Below, piece after piece: positions 44,967 to 53,856 of a stretch of 61,972 nt of DNA. A model generated the notes under the pieces. The model did not search any database and was not told where the DNA came from. It worked only from the letters and a program-made list of their open reading frames with translations. The position numbers and the translations under genes are program-made. The DNA is from an uncultured Bacilli bacterium. GTDB lineage: Bacteria > Bacillota_I > Bacilli_A > RF39 > UBA660. Within the stretch, counting starts at the first letter, position 1. Each line of letters begins with the position of its first letter. Location: NCBI GenBank assembly GCA_934153655.1, contig CAKPFH010000002.1, positions 1 through 61,972 of the forward strand, read 5' to 3'.

Positions 44967-46046
44967 TTATTCTTCTTTTTCTATGTTTAAAATGATACCA
45001 ATTGCAACTAAACTAGTAAGAAGACTAGAGCCACCATATGATAAAAAGGGTAAAGTAACTCCTGTAACTGGAATTAAACCAATTACAACTGATAAATTCA
45101 TAATAACTTGTACAATTAATTGAAAAGTTAAACCAAAAGCTAAGTATTTAGGAAACTTTTCTGTTTGTCTTAAACTTATTTTTAAACAAAATATTAAAAG
45201 AATGGAAAATAAACCAAGTACAATTAATACTCCCATAACCCCAAATTCTTCTGAGATAATCGAAAAAATAAAATCCGTTTGGGGTTCTGGTAAATAAAAG
45301 TTTTTTTGTCTACTATTTAAATAACCAGTTCCAAATAATCCCCCTGGTCCAATTGCATATAAACTTTGAATTATTTGAAAACCAGTTCCAAGAGGATCTG
45401 ACCAAGGATTTAAAAAAGATGTTATTCTATCCATTCTGTAAGGTGCAATTATAATAAGTCCAACTATACCAAGTACTCCAACTAGTCCTAGAATAAGAAA
45501 AAATTTCATGTTAACTCCAGCAATAAATAACATAGCAATTATACTAACAACTATTATCATACCAGTTCCAAAATCTGGTTCTAACATAATAAGACCAAAA
45601 ATAAATAATAAAATAAAAAGAATTGGAAATACCCCTTTTTTATAATCTTTTAAAAATTTATTGCTATTTGCTAAGTATTTACTAGTAAAAATAATTAAAC
45701 CAATTTTAGAAAACTCACTTGGTTGCAAGGAGAAAGGACCAACAACAAACCAACTACGACTACCATTTCTTATATTACCAAGTCCAGGAATTAATACAAG
45801 AATTAAAAGAATTACACATATTAAAAGAATTAAACTGGCTTTTTTATAATAAATTTTATAATTAATTTTACTAATAATATATAATAAAACTAAACCAATT
45901 AAACTAAAAATAGCTTGATTAATAACATATTTAAAAGGATTAGAAAACTTATAATTAGCCCAAACAAAACTTGCTGAATAAATCATAAAAAGAGATAAAA
46001 TCATAAGACATATAACACTTAATATTAGTAATTTTCTATTTTTCAT
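44967..46046 (-). CDS. SEDS-family peptidoglycan glycosyltransferase (RodA/FtsW), second copy in the window
   Basis: RBS GGTGAAG. QPSEFSKI, LEPDFGT, LPEPQTDFIF, TLPFLSYGGSS. Confidence 0.85.
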   Translation of the reverse strand: MKNRKLLILSVICLMILSLFMIYSASFVWANYKFSNPFKYVINQAIFSLIGLVLLYIISKINYKIYYKKASLILLICVILLILVLIPGLGNIRNGSRSWFVVGPFSLQPSEFSKIGLIIFTSKYLANSNKFLKDYKKGVFPILFILLFIFGLIMLEPDFGTGMIIVVSIIAMLFIAGVNMKFFLILGLVGVLGIVGLIIIAPYRMDRITSFLNPWSDPLGTGFQIIQSLYAIGPGGLFGTGYLNSRQKNFYLPEPQTDFIFSIISEEFGVMGVLIVLGLFSILLIFCLKISLRQTEKFPKYLAFGLTFQLIVQVIMNLSVVIGLIPVTGVTLPFLSYGGSSLLTSLVAIGIILNIEKEE

Positions 46047-46240
46047 GACTTCACCATTTAATTTTATGTTTAATATATAAAAAAATAAATAAAATATGTT
46101 AAATGTCTTTTAATAAATTAATAGATTTCTATTAATTTAAAAGATTGTTTATGAATTGGTCAGTCACGACCAATCAATTTAAAATAAGTTAAATAAAATA
46201 ATGATATTTTTTTAAAAATTAAAGACTTTTTATTAGAAAT

Positions 46241-47947
46241 TTGATAAAATTAACTTGTGATGATTATATGTATGAATGTTATAAAGAATATTTAACTGGG
46301 ACTTTTGTTTTTTTAGATTATATTATTAATATTGATAATCCAAATGGATATGCTAAAGAAATAATTAATAAAGAATATATAACAGGTAGTAAAGTAGCTA
46401 TTCTTGCTAATATTTTGTTATCTATTAAAGAAAGTGTCGTTGAAAAAGAAAAAGATAATGGTTTAAACTTTTTAACTAAAATATTTGATTATTTAATAAA
46501 TGATGCAACTAGTATAATTGCTACTAATAAACAAGATAATACTTATTCTTTAGATAATTATAAAGATACACCTTCTAATATATTAGCAAGAATTAGAAAT
46601 AGATTTGCTCATGGAGGATATTTAATAGATTTTAAAAATAATAAAATACTTATAAATATTGCTAAGAAAAAAGAACCAGAAGTATTTTATCAAATAGATG
46701 TAGATAAATTAACAAAATACATAAGAGAAAATGTAAAAGGTTATTTAAAAGAGAAAAAAACAAATGAATATAAAAGACATTTAATTGAATTTACTGATAA
46801 AAACAATAATAATAAACCTATAAGTTTAAAAAGTGATGCTAAAAATATTTTAAAACAAGTTAAATATCAAGAATTTATTCTTATAAGTGATAAAGAAATA
46901 AATAAAGAAGTTTTAAAAAACTTTAATAAAGTAATTGATTATTATCAAGAAACTTTAGATATTAATATTATAAATAAATTTGAAGAGGAAATAAAAAAAC
47001 AAGGTTATAAAATTATTCGAAAGACTAAGAAAATAAATAACCAAGAATTTGATAATATTTTAACTAATACTAGTTATTTAACTTATAATAGTAAAAATCT
47101 TGGTTATCATGATCAAATTAATTGTTTAGAAGAATATTTATTATATTACTTTAATGAAGATGAAGAAAAACTAAAGCAATTAATTGCTAATTTAAGTTCT
47201 TTACAAATATTAGAAGGAATTAATACTTTAAAAACAATTAATATAGAAGAAATTTCTAAAAACTTTTTAGTTCAAATTAAAAGAGATCAAGAACTAATAT
47301 TAGCAAGCATTCTTGCTATGTTTAATTCCTTATTTATTTATCCAATGGATAATATTTTTTCTAATTCAAATGAATTTACAAATAAAGAAAATACTGGTTT
47401 TCCATATGAATTATTAGATGTTAGTTTAATTAAAAATTGTAAATATCAATTAGATACTAATAATATAGCAAATTTAAAAGAACAAGAACAAGCTTTAGTA
47501 AAAAGTATTAAAAGATTAGATAATAACATTTTAAAAATTTCAAATAACTTAGACAATATTCCTAAAGAAAACCAAGATACTATTACTAAAATGAAAATTA
47601 GTTTACAAAATTATAAATTAGAATTAAAAGATTTAGTTGAAAATCTTAAGTTAATTCAAGAAGAATTGCAAGCAAAAGAAAATTATTTTTCTAATAATCA
47701 AGTTTATTTAAAAAACAAAAGTATAATAGAAGGTATTAGAAATTCTATATGTCATGGTAATATTAAAACTAAATTAAATGGTACTATGGATGAGACAATA
47801 GTAATATTTGAAGATATTTATGATGGTAAATTAACATTTAAATTAGAAATAACTTTAAATGATTTATATAAGTTTTTATATAGTAATTTCTTTATTGTAA
47901 TAGATTATTTAAAAACTTTCGAAAAAGATAAGAAAAGTGTGTTATAA
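46241..47947 (+). CDS. Tandem-HEPN protein (two RNxxxH motifs). Putative RNase of unknown system
   Basis: R119-N-R-F-A-H124 (nt 46595-46612) and R500-N-S-I-C-H505 (nt 47738-47755). K/N/E-rich helical middle region. TTG start (the alternative ATG is at 46268). No clear Shine-Dalgarno for either start. Confidence 0.6.
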   Translation: MIKLTCDDYMYECYKEYLTGTFVFLDYIINIDNPNGYAKEIINKEYITGSKVAILANILLSIKESVVEKEKDNGLNFLTKIFDYLINDATSIIATNKQDNTYSLDNYKDTPSNILARIRNRFAHGGYLIDFKNNKILINIAKKKEPEVFYQIDVDKLTKYIRENVKGYLKEKKTNEYKRHLIEFTDKNNNNKPISLKSDAKNILKQVKYQEFILISDKEINKEVLKNFNKVIDYYQETLDINIINKFEEEIKKQGYKIIRKTKKINNQEFDNILTNTSYLTYNSKNLGYHDQINCLEEYLLYYFNEDEEKLKQLIANLSSLQILEGINTLKTINIEEISKNFLVQIKRDQELILASILAMFNSLFIYPMDNIFSNSNEFTNKENTGFPYELLDVSLIKNCKYQLDTNNIANLKEQEQALVKSIKRLDNNILKISNNLDNIPKENQDTITKMKISLQNYKLELKDLVENLKLIQEELQAKENYFSNNQVYLKNKSIIEGIRNSICHGNIKTKLNGTMDETIVIFEDIYDGKLTFKLEITLNDLYKFLYSNFFIVIDYLKTFEKDKKSVL

Positions 47948-47970
47948 TATTAAGTTAATGAGGGGGATTT

Positions 47971-48207
47971 ATGAATGGTATTAACAATTATTTTGAAAGA
48001 ATAAAAGATCCTACTAAAGAAATAATCGATTTTAGTTATTTATATATGCATCCTGAAGCAATTTATTTAGTATGGGAGAAATATTCTTTTGATTTAACTT
48101 TTAAAATGGAAGTAAATAGAAAAATGTATTTAGATAATCTATTTAAAAAAAGATTTAATGAGGTATTTAAAAATTTTTTACCTAAAGATAAAGTTAAAAA
48201 AAGATAA
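47971..48207 (+). CDS. Hypothetical 78-aa protein
   Basis: Strong RBS GAGGGGGA. Lies 23 nt downstream of the HEPN gene and 11 nt upstream of the trmH-like gene. No motif recognised. Confidence 0.45.
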   Translation: MNGINNYFERIKDPTKEIIDFSYLYMHPEAIYLVWEKYSFDLTFKMEVNRKMYLDNLFKKRFNEVFKNFLPKDKVKKR

Positions 48208-48218
48208 AAGGAGTTTAT

Positions 48219-48947
48219 ATGGTAATTACTAGTTTAGATAATCCTAAAATAAAAAAATATTTAAAATTAAAAACCAAGAAATACAGGGATAATTTTAAAT
48301 TATATTTAGTAGAAACTGATAATTTAATTAAAGAAGCAATTAATAATAATTGTTTAGTAGATTTATTAGCTCTTGATGGTAGTATTGATAAATATGATTT
48401 TAATATAACTTATGTATCTAAAGAAATTATTAAGAAATTATCTAGTTTAGATACAACTTCTAATTTTATTGGGGTTGTTAAAATGAAAGAAATGAATGAT
48501 AATTTAGGTAGTAGAATACTTATTTTAGATGATATTCAAGATCCTGGTAATTTAGGTACAATTATAAGAAGTTCAGTTGCTTTTAATATAACAGATATTA
48601 TTTTAAGTACTAATTCTGTTGATTTATATAATGATAAAGTTATTCGTAGTAGTGAAGGAATGATTTATAAAATTAATATAATAAGAACTGATTTAATTAA
48701 AGTTATTAATAAATTAAAAGAAAATAATTATTTAATCCTTGGTACTAATGTTAGAAATGGTGTTGATGTAAAAGAAGTTAACTCATCACGTTTTGCTCTT
48801 ATTATGGGAAATGAAGGAAAAGGAGTTAAAGAAGAAATACTTAATTTATGTGATAAAAATTTATATATAAAAATGAATAAAAATTGTGAAAGTTTAAATC
48901 TAGGTGTTGCAACTGGAATACTTTTATATGAATTAGGTGAGAAATGA
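48219..48947 (+). CDS. TrmH/SpoU-family RNA 2'-O-methyltransferase
   Basis: DDIQDPGNLGTIIRSS, LIMGNEGKGV, SLNLGVATGILLYE. Confidence 0.8.
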   Translation: MVITSLDNPKIKKYLKLKTKKYRDNFKLYLVETDNLIKEAINNNCLVDLLALDGSIDKYDFNITYVSKEIIKKLSSLDTTSNFIGVVKMKEMNDNLGSRILILDDIQDPGNLGTIIRSSVAFNITDIILSTNSVDLYNDKVIRSSEGMIYKINIIRTDLIKVINKLKENNYLILGTNVRNGVDVKEVNSSRFALIMGNEGKGVKEEILNLCDKNLYIKMNKNCESLNLGVATGILLYELGEK

Positions 48948-49399
48948 TATACATTGGTAAATATGTTAATACACATGGTATTAAAGGTGAAATAAGAATT
49001 AAATCAGATTTTAAATATAAAGATAAAGTATTTTTTGTTGGTAATACTTTAATAATTAATAATCAAGAATTTATAATTAATAGTTATAGACGTCATAAAG
49101 AATATGATATGGTTACCTTTAAAGGAATTACTAATATAAATCAAATAATTGATTTAAAAGGAAGTAAGGTATATGTATTTAATATTTCACTTGATGCTGG
49201 AGAATACTTAGATTCTACTTTAATTGGTTTTAAAGTATATATGAATAATATTTATAAAGGTGATGTTTTAGATATTAAATATTTAAATAATTCTAAAAAA
49301 ATCTTAGTAGTTAATAATAAATATGTTCCTTTTGAATTAGTAAATGTTAATTTAGATGAAAAAAGAATAGATGTTATGGAGGTTGATGGCTTATTATGA
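48944..49399 (+). CDS. rimM: 16S rRNA processing protein RimM
   Basis: IGKYVNTHGIKGEIRIKS N-terminus. ATGA overlap with the upstream gene. Immediately precedes trmD. Confidence 0.8.
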   Translation: MIYIGKYVNTHGIKGEIRIKSDFKYKDKVFFVGNTLIINNQEFIINSYRRHKEYDMVTFKGITNINQIIDLKGSKVYVFNISLDAGEYLDSTLIGFKVYMNNIYKGDVLDIKYLNNSKKILVVNNKYVPFELVNVNLDEKRIDVMEVDGLL

Positions 49400-50064
49400 G
49401 AATAGATATTTTAACGCTTTTTCCTAAAATGTTTGATGGATTTTTATCAGAATCTATTATAAAAAGAGCCATTGAAAGTAAAAAAGTTGAGATAAATATT
49501 ATTGATTTTCGAAAATTTTCTAAAGATCCTCATGGAAGTGTTGATGATACTCCTTATGGAGGAGGGGCAGGAATGGTTTTGATGCCTCAACCTATATTTG
49601 ATTGTATTAGAAGTATTAAAACAAAGGACTCCTTAGTTATCATGTTAACTCCTGAGGGAAAAACTTATAAACAAGAAATGGCTTTAAAGTTAAGAAATTA
49701 TAAACATTTAATTCTTTTATGTGGTCATTATGAAGGATTTGATGAAAGAATAAAAACAATATGTGATATGTTTATTAGTGTAGGAGACTTTATTTTAACC
49801 GGAGGAGAAATACCTAGTATGTTAATTACTGATAGTATTGTAAGACTACTTGATGGGGTAATTGATAAAGAATCCTTAGAATCCGAATCTTTTAATAGTA
49901 AACTTCTTGATTACCCAACTTATACTAAACCTCGTGATTTTGAAGGTATGTTAGTTCCTGATGTATTATTATCAGGTGATCATAAAAAAATTGCTGAATA
50001 CAGAAAAAATGAGCAAATTAAAAAGACTAAAGAACTAAGACCGGATTTATTGGAGGAAAAATGA
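49396..50064 (+). CDS. trmD: tRNA (guanine37-N1)-methyltransferase
   Basis: MRIDILTLFP, DDTPYGGGAGMVL, CGHYEGFDERI, GDFILTGGE. Confidence 0.9.
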   Translation: MRIDILTLFPKMFDGFLSESIIKRAIESKKVEINIIDFRKFSKDPHGSVDDTPYGGGAGMVLMPQPIFDCIRSIKTKDSLVIMLTPEGKTYKQEMALKLRNYKHLILLCGHYEGFDERIKTICDMFISVGDFILTGGEIPSMLITDSIVRLLDGVIDKESLESESFNSKLLDYPTYTKPRDFEGMLVPDVLLSGDHKKIAEYRKNEQIKKTKELRPDLLEEK

Positions 50065-50501
50065 ACTATTTAATAATAAAAAACAAAGATAAAAAATCAG
50101 CAACTTATTTTACGGTAGATGGATATTCACTTAATGCTAAAAATAAAAATATTAAATTAAAAGATGCCATAAATGTTAATAAAATGGTAATAATTAACCA
50201 AAGTTTAATTGATAAAGTAATAGATAGAAATATAGATTCTAAATTCAAAAAATTAATTAATTTAATTCTTGGTATCTATGACACCTCAGATGATCCAGCT
50301 GGTAATATGATGTTAGCTTTAAATGAAGTTGAAAAGTTTAAAAGAGAAGTTATTAATAAATATGTAAATTATATGAATAAAAAACAACTAGAAAAGTTAG
50401 AAAGAAAAATAAGATTATTAGAAGGAGAAATAGCTAAAAAATCTTATTTAATGAATGAAAGAATAGATGAAGTTGAATATGAAACCAGAAAATCTAGATA
50501 A
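50061..50501 (+). CDS. Hypothetical protein (helical/coiled-coil C-terminus)
   Basis: RBS GGAGG. Overlaps the trmD stop. No motif recognised. Confidence 0.45.
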   Translation: MNYLIIKNKDKKSATYFTVDGYSLNAKNKNIKLKDAINVNKMVIINQSLIDKVIDRNIDSKFKKLINLILGIYDTSDDPAGNMMLALNEVEKFKREVINKYVNYMNKKQLEKLERKIRLLEGEIAKKSYLMNERIDEVEYETRKSR

Positions 50502-50919
50502 ATTAAATAAAATACTAAGTATTATTTTTCTTATCTTTTGGTGTTTTCTAATATTTTATTTTTCCAATCAACCAGGAAGTGTATCTGATGTTAGTAGTGG
50601 GGTAATTGTTAATATTATTAAAAAAATAATTCCAGGTAATTATCATACTATAACCTTTATTGTTAGAAAACTTGCTCATGTATCAATTTACTTTATTTTA
50701 TATTTACTAACATTCAATTGTTTTAAAAGATTTAATGTTTCAAAATATGCTTTCTATTTTTGTTTGTTATATGCAGTAAGTGATGAAATCCATCAGTTAT
50801 TTATTGTAAATAGAAGTTGTGAACTAAGAGATATTTTAATTGATACAACAGGAATAACACTTGCTTATTTAATTACTAAAAAAATAAGAAAAAGAAAAGA
50901 AAAACTTGCTAAAATTTAA
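50467..50919 (+). CDS. VanZ-like membrane protein
   Basis: Four TM helices. RKLAHVSIYFILY and DEIHQLFIVNRSCELRDILIDTTG. Start uncertain (50467 or 50479). Confidence 0.65.
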   Translation: MKLNMKPENLDKLNKILSIIFLIFWCFLIFYFSNQPGSVSDVSSGVIVNIIKKIIPGNYHTITFIVRKLAHVSIYFILYLLTFNCFKRFNVSKYAFYFCLLYAVSDEIHQLFIVNRSCELRDILIDTTGITLAYLITKKIRKRKEKLAKI

Positions 50920-50955
50920 AAAATATGATATTTTATTGAAAGTGAGGGTGATAAT

Positions 50956-51171
50956 ATGCAAATAGTTTTATTAATTATAGCAATTTTATTAATTATAATA
51001 GTTTTACTTCAAAGTGGAAAAGCTGAACCTGCTAGCCAAATAATAAGTGGGGGAAGCATGGATTTATTTAGTAAAAGAAAAGAAAGAGGTTCTGAATTAG
51101 TTATTAGTCGTATAACTCTTATCTTAGGATTTGCTTTCTTTATTATAAGTTTAATAATGGAATTTATGTAA
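50956..51171 (+). CDS. secG: Preprotein translocase subunit SecG
   Basis: 71 aa with two TM helices. LLQSGKA motif after helix 1. Confidence 0.8.
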   Translation: MQIVLLIIAILLIIIVLLQSGKAEPASQIISGGSMDLFSKRKERGSELVISRITLILGFAFFIISLIMEFM

Positions 51172-51198
51172 AAATTAATTTTCACATATTTTTTTTAA

Positions 51199-51230
51199 CA
51201 AAAAAATATCCAACTTTTATAGTTGAATAT
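51199..51230 (-). terminator. Terminator downstream of tRNA-Trp (minus strand)
   Basis: Hairpin ATATTCAACT/AGTTGGATAT (one G-U pair), followed by a T-run when read on the minus strand. Confidence 0.5.
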
Positions 51231-51242
51231 TAATAAACAAAT

Positions 51243-51316
51243 TGGCAGGGAATGAGAGAATCGAACTCCCATCAAAGGTTTTGGAGACCCCTATTTTACC
51301 ATTAAACTAATTCCCT
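51243..51316 (-). tRNA. tRNA-Trp (anticodon CCA), CCA encoded
   Basis: The reverse complement folds by hand. Acceptor AGGGAAT/ATTCCCT, anticodon stem GGGGT/ACCTT with loop CTCCAAA, T-arm GGGAG TTCGATT CTCTC, discriminator G, then CCA. Confidence 0.85.
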
Positions 51317-51402
51317 AAAACAAATTTATTTTAACATTATTTTTTCTACTTGTCAATTAATATTTTTTTTTATATAATATTACTTGTTTAGGAGTGGTGT
51401 AT

Positions 51403-52359
51403 ATGTCAAAAAAAGTAAAAGTAACTAATAATTTACAAAAAACTTTAAATTCTAATAGTAAAAATAATCAAACTAAGAAAAAAGCAACTAATAGTCAAAC
51501 AAAAACTAATAATATAGAAAAAACTCCTAATAAAACTAATAATCATTATCAAAAAATTCAAAAACAAGTAATTGATAATGCTAAATTAGCTAAAACAAAA
51601 AAAGTTGCAAAAGTAAAAAAAGAAAATGATAAAAAAGAACTTGCTAAAAAAATAGATGATAAAAAAACAAATAATAAAAAACTATTAGATAAGAATAAAG
51701 TTAAAAAAGTAGAAAAAATTAAAAAAATTAAAACTAAGAAAAATATTCTTTTAAAAATTAAAATTGTTTTATTAAAGATAGGTAAAATTATTAAAAATAT
51801 TCTATTAAAAATAGGTAGAATTATTAAGAATATTTTTAGAAAAATTATAAGTTTTTTAGTAACAATTAGTAAAAAAATATATTTTGGTATATTTAAATTA
51901 ATAAAAATAATTAAAGTTAAAATTAGTAGTTTGTTTAATACTAAAAAGAAAGTTAAATTAAAAAACGAAAAAGTAAAAGAAATTAAAGTAGAAAATGAGA
52001 ATAAAACTTTAAAAAATGAAAAGACTAAATATGAAATTGTAAGTTCTAGTTATCCAATTATTAAAAGTTTAACTGGAAGAATATTACCTTTAAGTTTAAC
52101 TAAATGGGATAAGAAAAGACGAAAGAATATTTATTTAAAAGAAGCTCTTTTATTTTCTATAACTTTAACTTTGATTGATGTTTATTGTTTTTATAATTTA
52201 TCATTTATGAATATTTTAAATATATTTGATAATAGTATTTGGAATTTAATTGCAACAATAACTTTAACTTTAGTAATTTTATTAGTATTAAGTTATTTAA
52301 TTGATTATCTTATTACAGAAAGTATAGTAAGAAAGTATCAAAAGAGATTAAAGAAATAA
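51403..52359 (+). CDS. Lysine-rich protein with tandem amphipathic repeats and two C-terminal TM helices, unknown function
   Basis: ATG at 51403 behind AGGAGTGG. K/N/T-rich N-terminal half. LLKIGKIIKNI / LLKIGRIIKNI tandem repeat. C-terminal hydrophobic helices. Confidence 0.45.
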   Translation: MSKKVKVTNNLQKTLNSNSKNNQTKKKATNSQTKTNNIEKTPNKTNNHYQKIQKQVIDNAKLAKTKKVAKVKKENDKKELAKKIDDKKTNNKKLLDKNKVKKVEKIKKIKTKKNILLKIKIVLLKIGKIIKNILLKIGRIIKNIFRKIISFLVTISKKIYFGIFKLIKIIKVKISSLFNTKKKVKLKNEKVKEIKVENENKTLKNEKTKYEIVSSSYPIIKSLTGRILPLSLTKWDKKRRKNIYLKEALLFSITLTLIDVYCFYNLSFMNILNIFDNSIWNLIATITLTLVILLVLSYLIDYLITESIVRKYQKRLKK

Positions 52360-52360
52360 G

Positions 52361-53677
52361 GTGATTAAAATAGAAATTAGAGGTTTGAACTTAGATAATA
52401 TTAAAAAAATATCAAGTTTAAAAAAAGAAGATAAGTATTTTTTTGATTATCGAGTTAAAAGTTATGAAATATTTAAAAAATTAGATGATCCAAGTTTTGG
52501 ACCAAATTATAAAGTAGACTATGATAATATTATTTATTATAAATCTATTCAAGATGATATTAAGAATAATTGGAATGATGTTAACACTTCAGTTAAAGAT
52601 GAATTTAAAAATTTAGGAGTAATTGAAAGTGAAAAGAATTTAGATGGAATAGGTATTCAATATGAAAGTGAAGTAATTTATCATAATATGTTAAAAGAAT
52701 TAGAAGAAAAGCAAGTTATTTTTACTTCAATTGATGATGCTATTAAAAAGTATCCTGATTTAGTTAAAAAGTATTTTGGTAAATTAGTTTCTAATAGTGA
52801 TAACAAGTTTGCTGCTTTAAATTCATGTGTATTTTCAGGAGGTAGTTTTATTTATGTACCTGATAATACTTCTTTAGATAGACCTTTACAAAGTTATTTC
52901 CGTATTAATAGTAGACAAATGGGACAGTTTGAAAGAACTTTAATTATTGTTGGTGATAATAGTAATTTACATTATATTGAAGGATGTACCGCTCCTACTT
53001 ATAGTGATTCTAGTTTACATGCTGCTGTTGTTGAAATATATGTTGGTAAAAATAGTAAATGCCGTTATTCAACTATTCAAAACTGGGCTACTAATGTTAA
53101 TAATTTAGTTACTAAAAGAGCTTTAGTAGAAGAAAATGGTGTGATGGAGTGGATTGATGGTAATATAGGAAGTTTGAATACTATGAAATACCCAGCTTGT
53201 ATTTTAAAAGGTGATAATGCAAGTGGTACTTGTATAACAATTAGTGTTGCTTCTAAAGGTCAATTTCAAGATACTGGTAGTAGGATGATTCATCTTGGTA
53301 AAAATACTAAAAGTAAAATAATTTCTAAAAGTATAGCTATGAATGGTGGTAATGCAACTTATAGAGGCAAAATAGAAATAAAAAAAAATGCCATCAATAG
53401 TGAAGCAAGTTTAAAATGTGATACTTTAATTTTAGATTCTCTTAGTAAAAGTGATACATATCCTGTTAATATTAATAATAATAACTCAAGTAGTCTTAAT
53501 CATGAAGCAACGGTATCTAAGATAAGTGAAGAAAACCTTTGCTATTTAATGAGTAGAGGAATATCAAGAGAAAAAGCTATGGAATTAATTATTCTTGGTT
53601 TCATTGATGAATTTAAAAAAGAATTACCAGTTGAATATGCTGTTGAATTAAATCAATTAATTAAAAGAAATTTATAA
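52361..53677 (+). CDS. sufB: Fe-S cluster assembly scaffold, SufB/SufD family (SufB-like)
   Basis: FSGGSFIYVP, LHYIEGCTAP and a beta-helix repeat region. GTG start 1 nt after the upstream stop. Confidence 0.75.
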   Translation: MIKIEIRGLNLDNIKKISSLKKEDKYFFDYRVKSYEIFKKLDDPSFGPNYKVDYDNIIYYKSIQDDIKNNWNDVNTSVKDEFKNLGVIESEKNLDGIGIQYESEVIYHNMLKELEEKQVIFTSIDDAIKKYPDLVKKYFGKLVSNSDNKFAALNSCVFSGGSFIYVPDNTSLDRPLQSYFRINSRQMGQFERTLIIVGDNSNLHYIEGCTAPTYSDSSLHAAVVEIYVGKNSKCRYSTIQNWATNVNNLVTKRALVEENGVMEWIDGNIGSLNTMKYPACILKGDNASGTCITISVASKGQFQDTGSRMIHLGKNTKSKIISKSIAMNGGNATYRGKIEIKKNAINSEASLKCDTLILDSLSKSDTYPVNINNNNSSSLNHEATVSKISEENLCYLMSRGISREKAMELIILGFIDEFKKELPVEYAVELNQLIKRNL

Positions 53678-53688
53678 AAAATAAAAAA

Positions 53689-53721
53689 AGTTCAATTTTC
53701 CATTTTGAACTCTTTTTTTTT
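53689..53721 (+). terminator. Rho-independent terminator after sufB
   Basis: AGTTCAA (9-nt loop) TTGAACT, followed by C + T9. Confidence 0.6.
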
Positions 53722-53856
53722 ATCTTTTTTCACATAAGGGGGGAAAAAATTGGTAGTAAAAGGTCAATTTGAAAAACTTTTTTCTTGAAATTAACAAATC
53801 ATGCTTTTGACATTACTTAACATATTTTGTTATGGTTTTAGGGAAAGGAGGTTTCT

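Noticed and set aside
46151-46192. 13-codon mini-ORF (MNWSVTTNQFKIS) spanning the G/C-containing hairpin upstream of the HEPN gene
   Set aside because: It has no Shine-Dalgarno and is too short to evaluate. The hairpin is the more parsimonious feature.
46241-46270. Promoter-like TTGATA - 17 nt - TTATAT (with TG) lying inside the first 10 codons of the HEPN ORF
   Set aside because: Transcription from here would leave no in-frame start codon for several hundred codons. It is probably a chance match in AT-rich sequence.
45900-48300. A CRISPR array or cas genes associated with the tandem-HEPN (Cas13-like layout) protein
   Set aside because: I read both flanks and the neighbouring intergenic regions. 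There is no series of regularly spaced direct repeats and no cas1/cas2-like ORF. The flanking genes are a SEDS protein and trmH-rimM-trmD.
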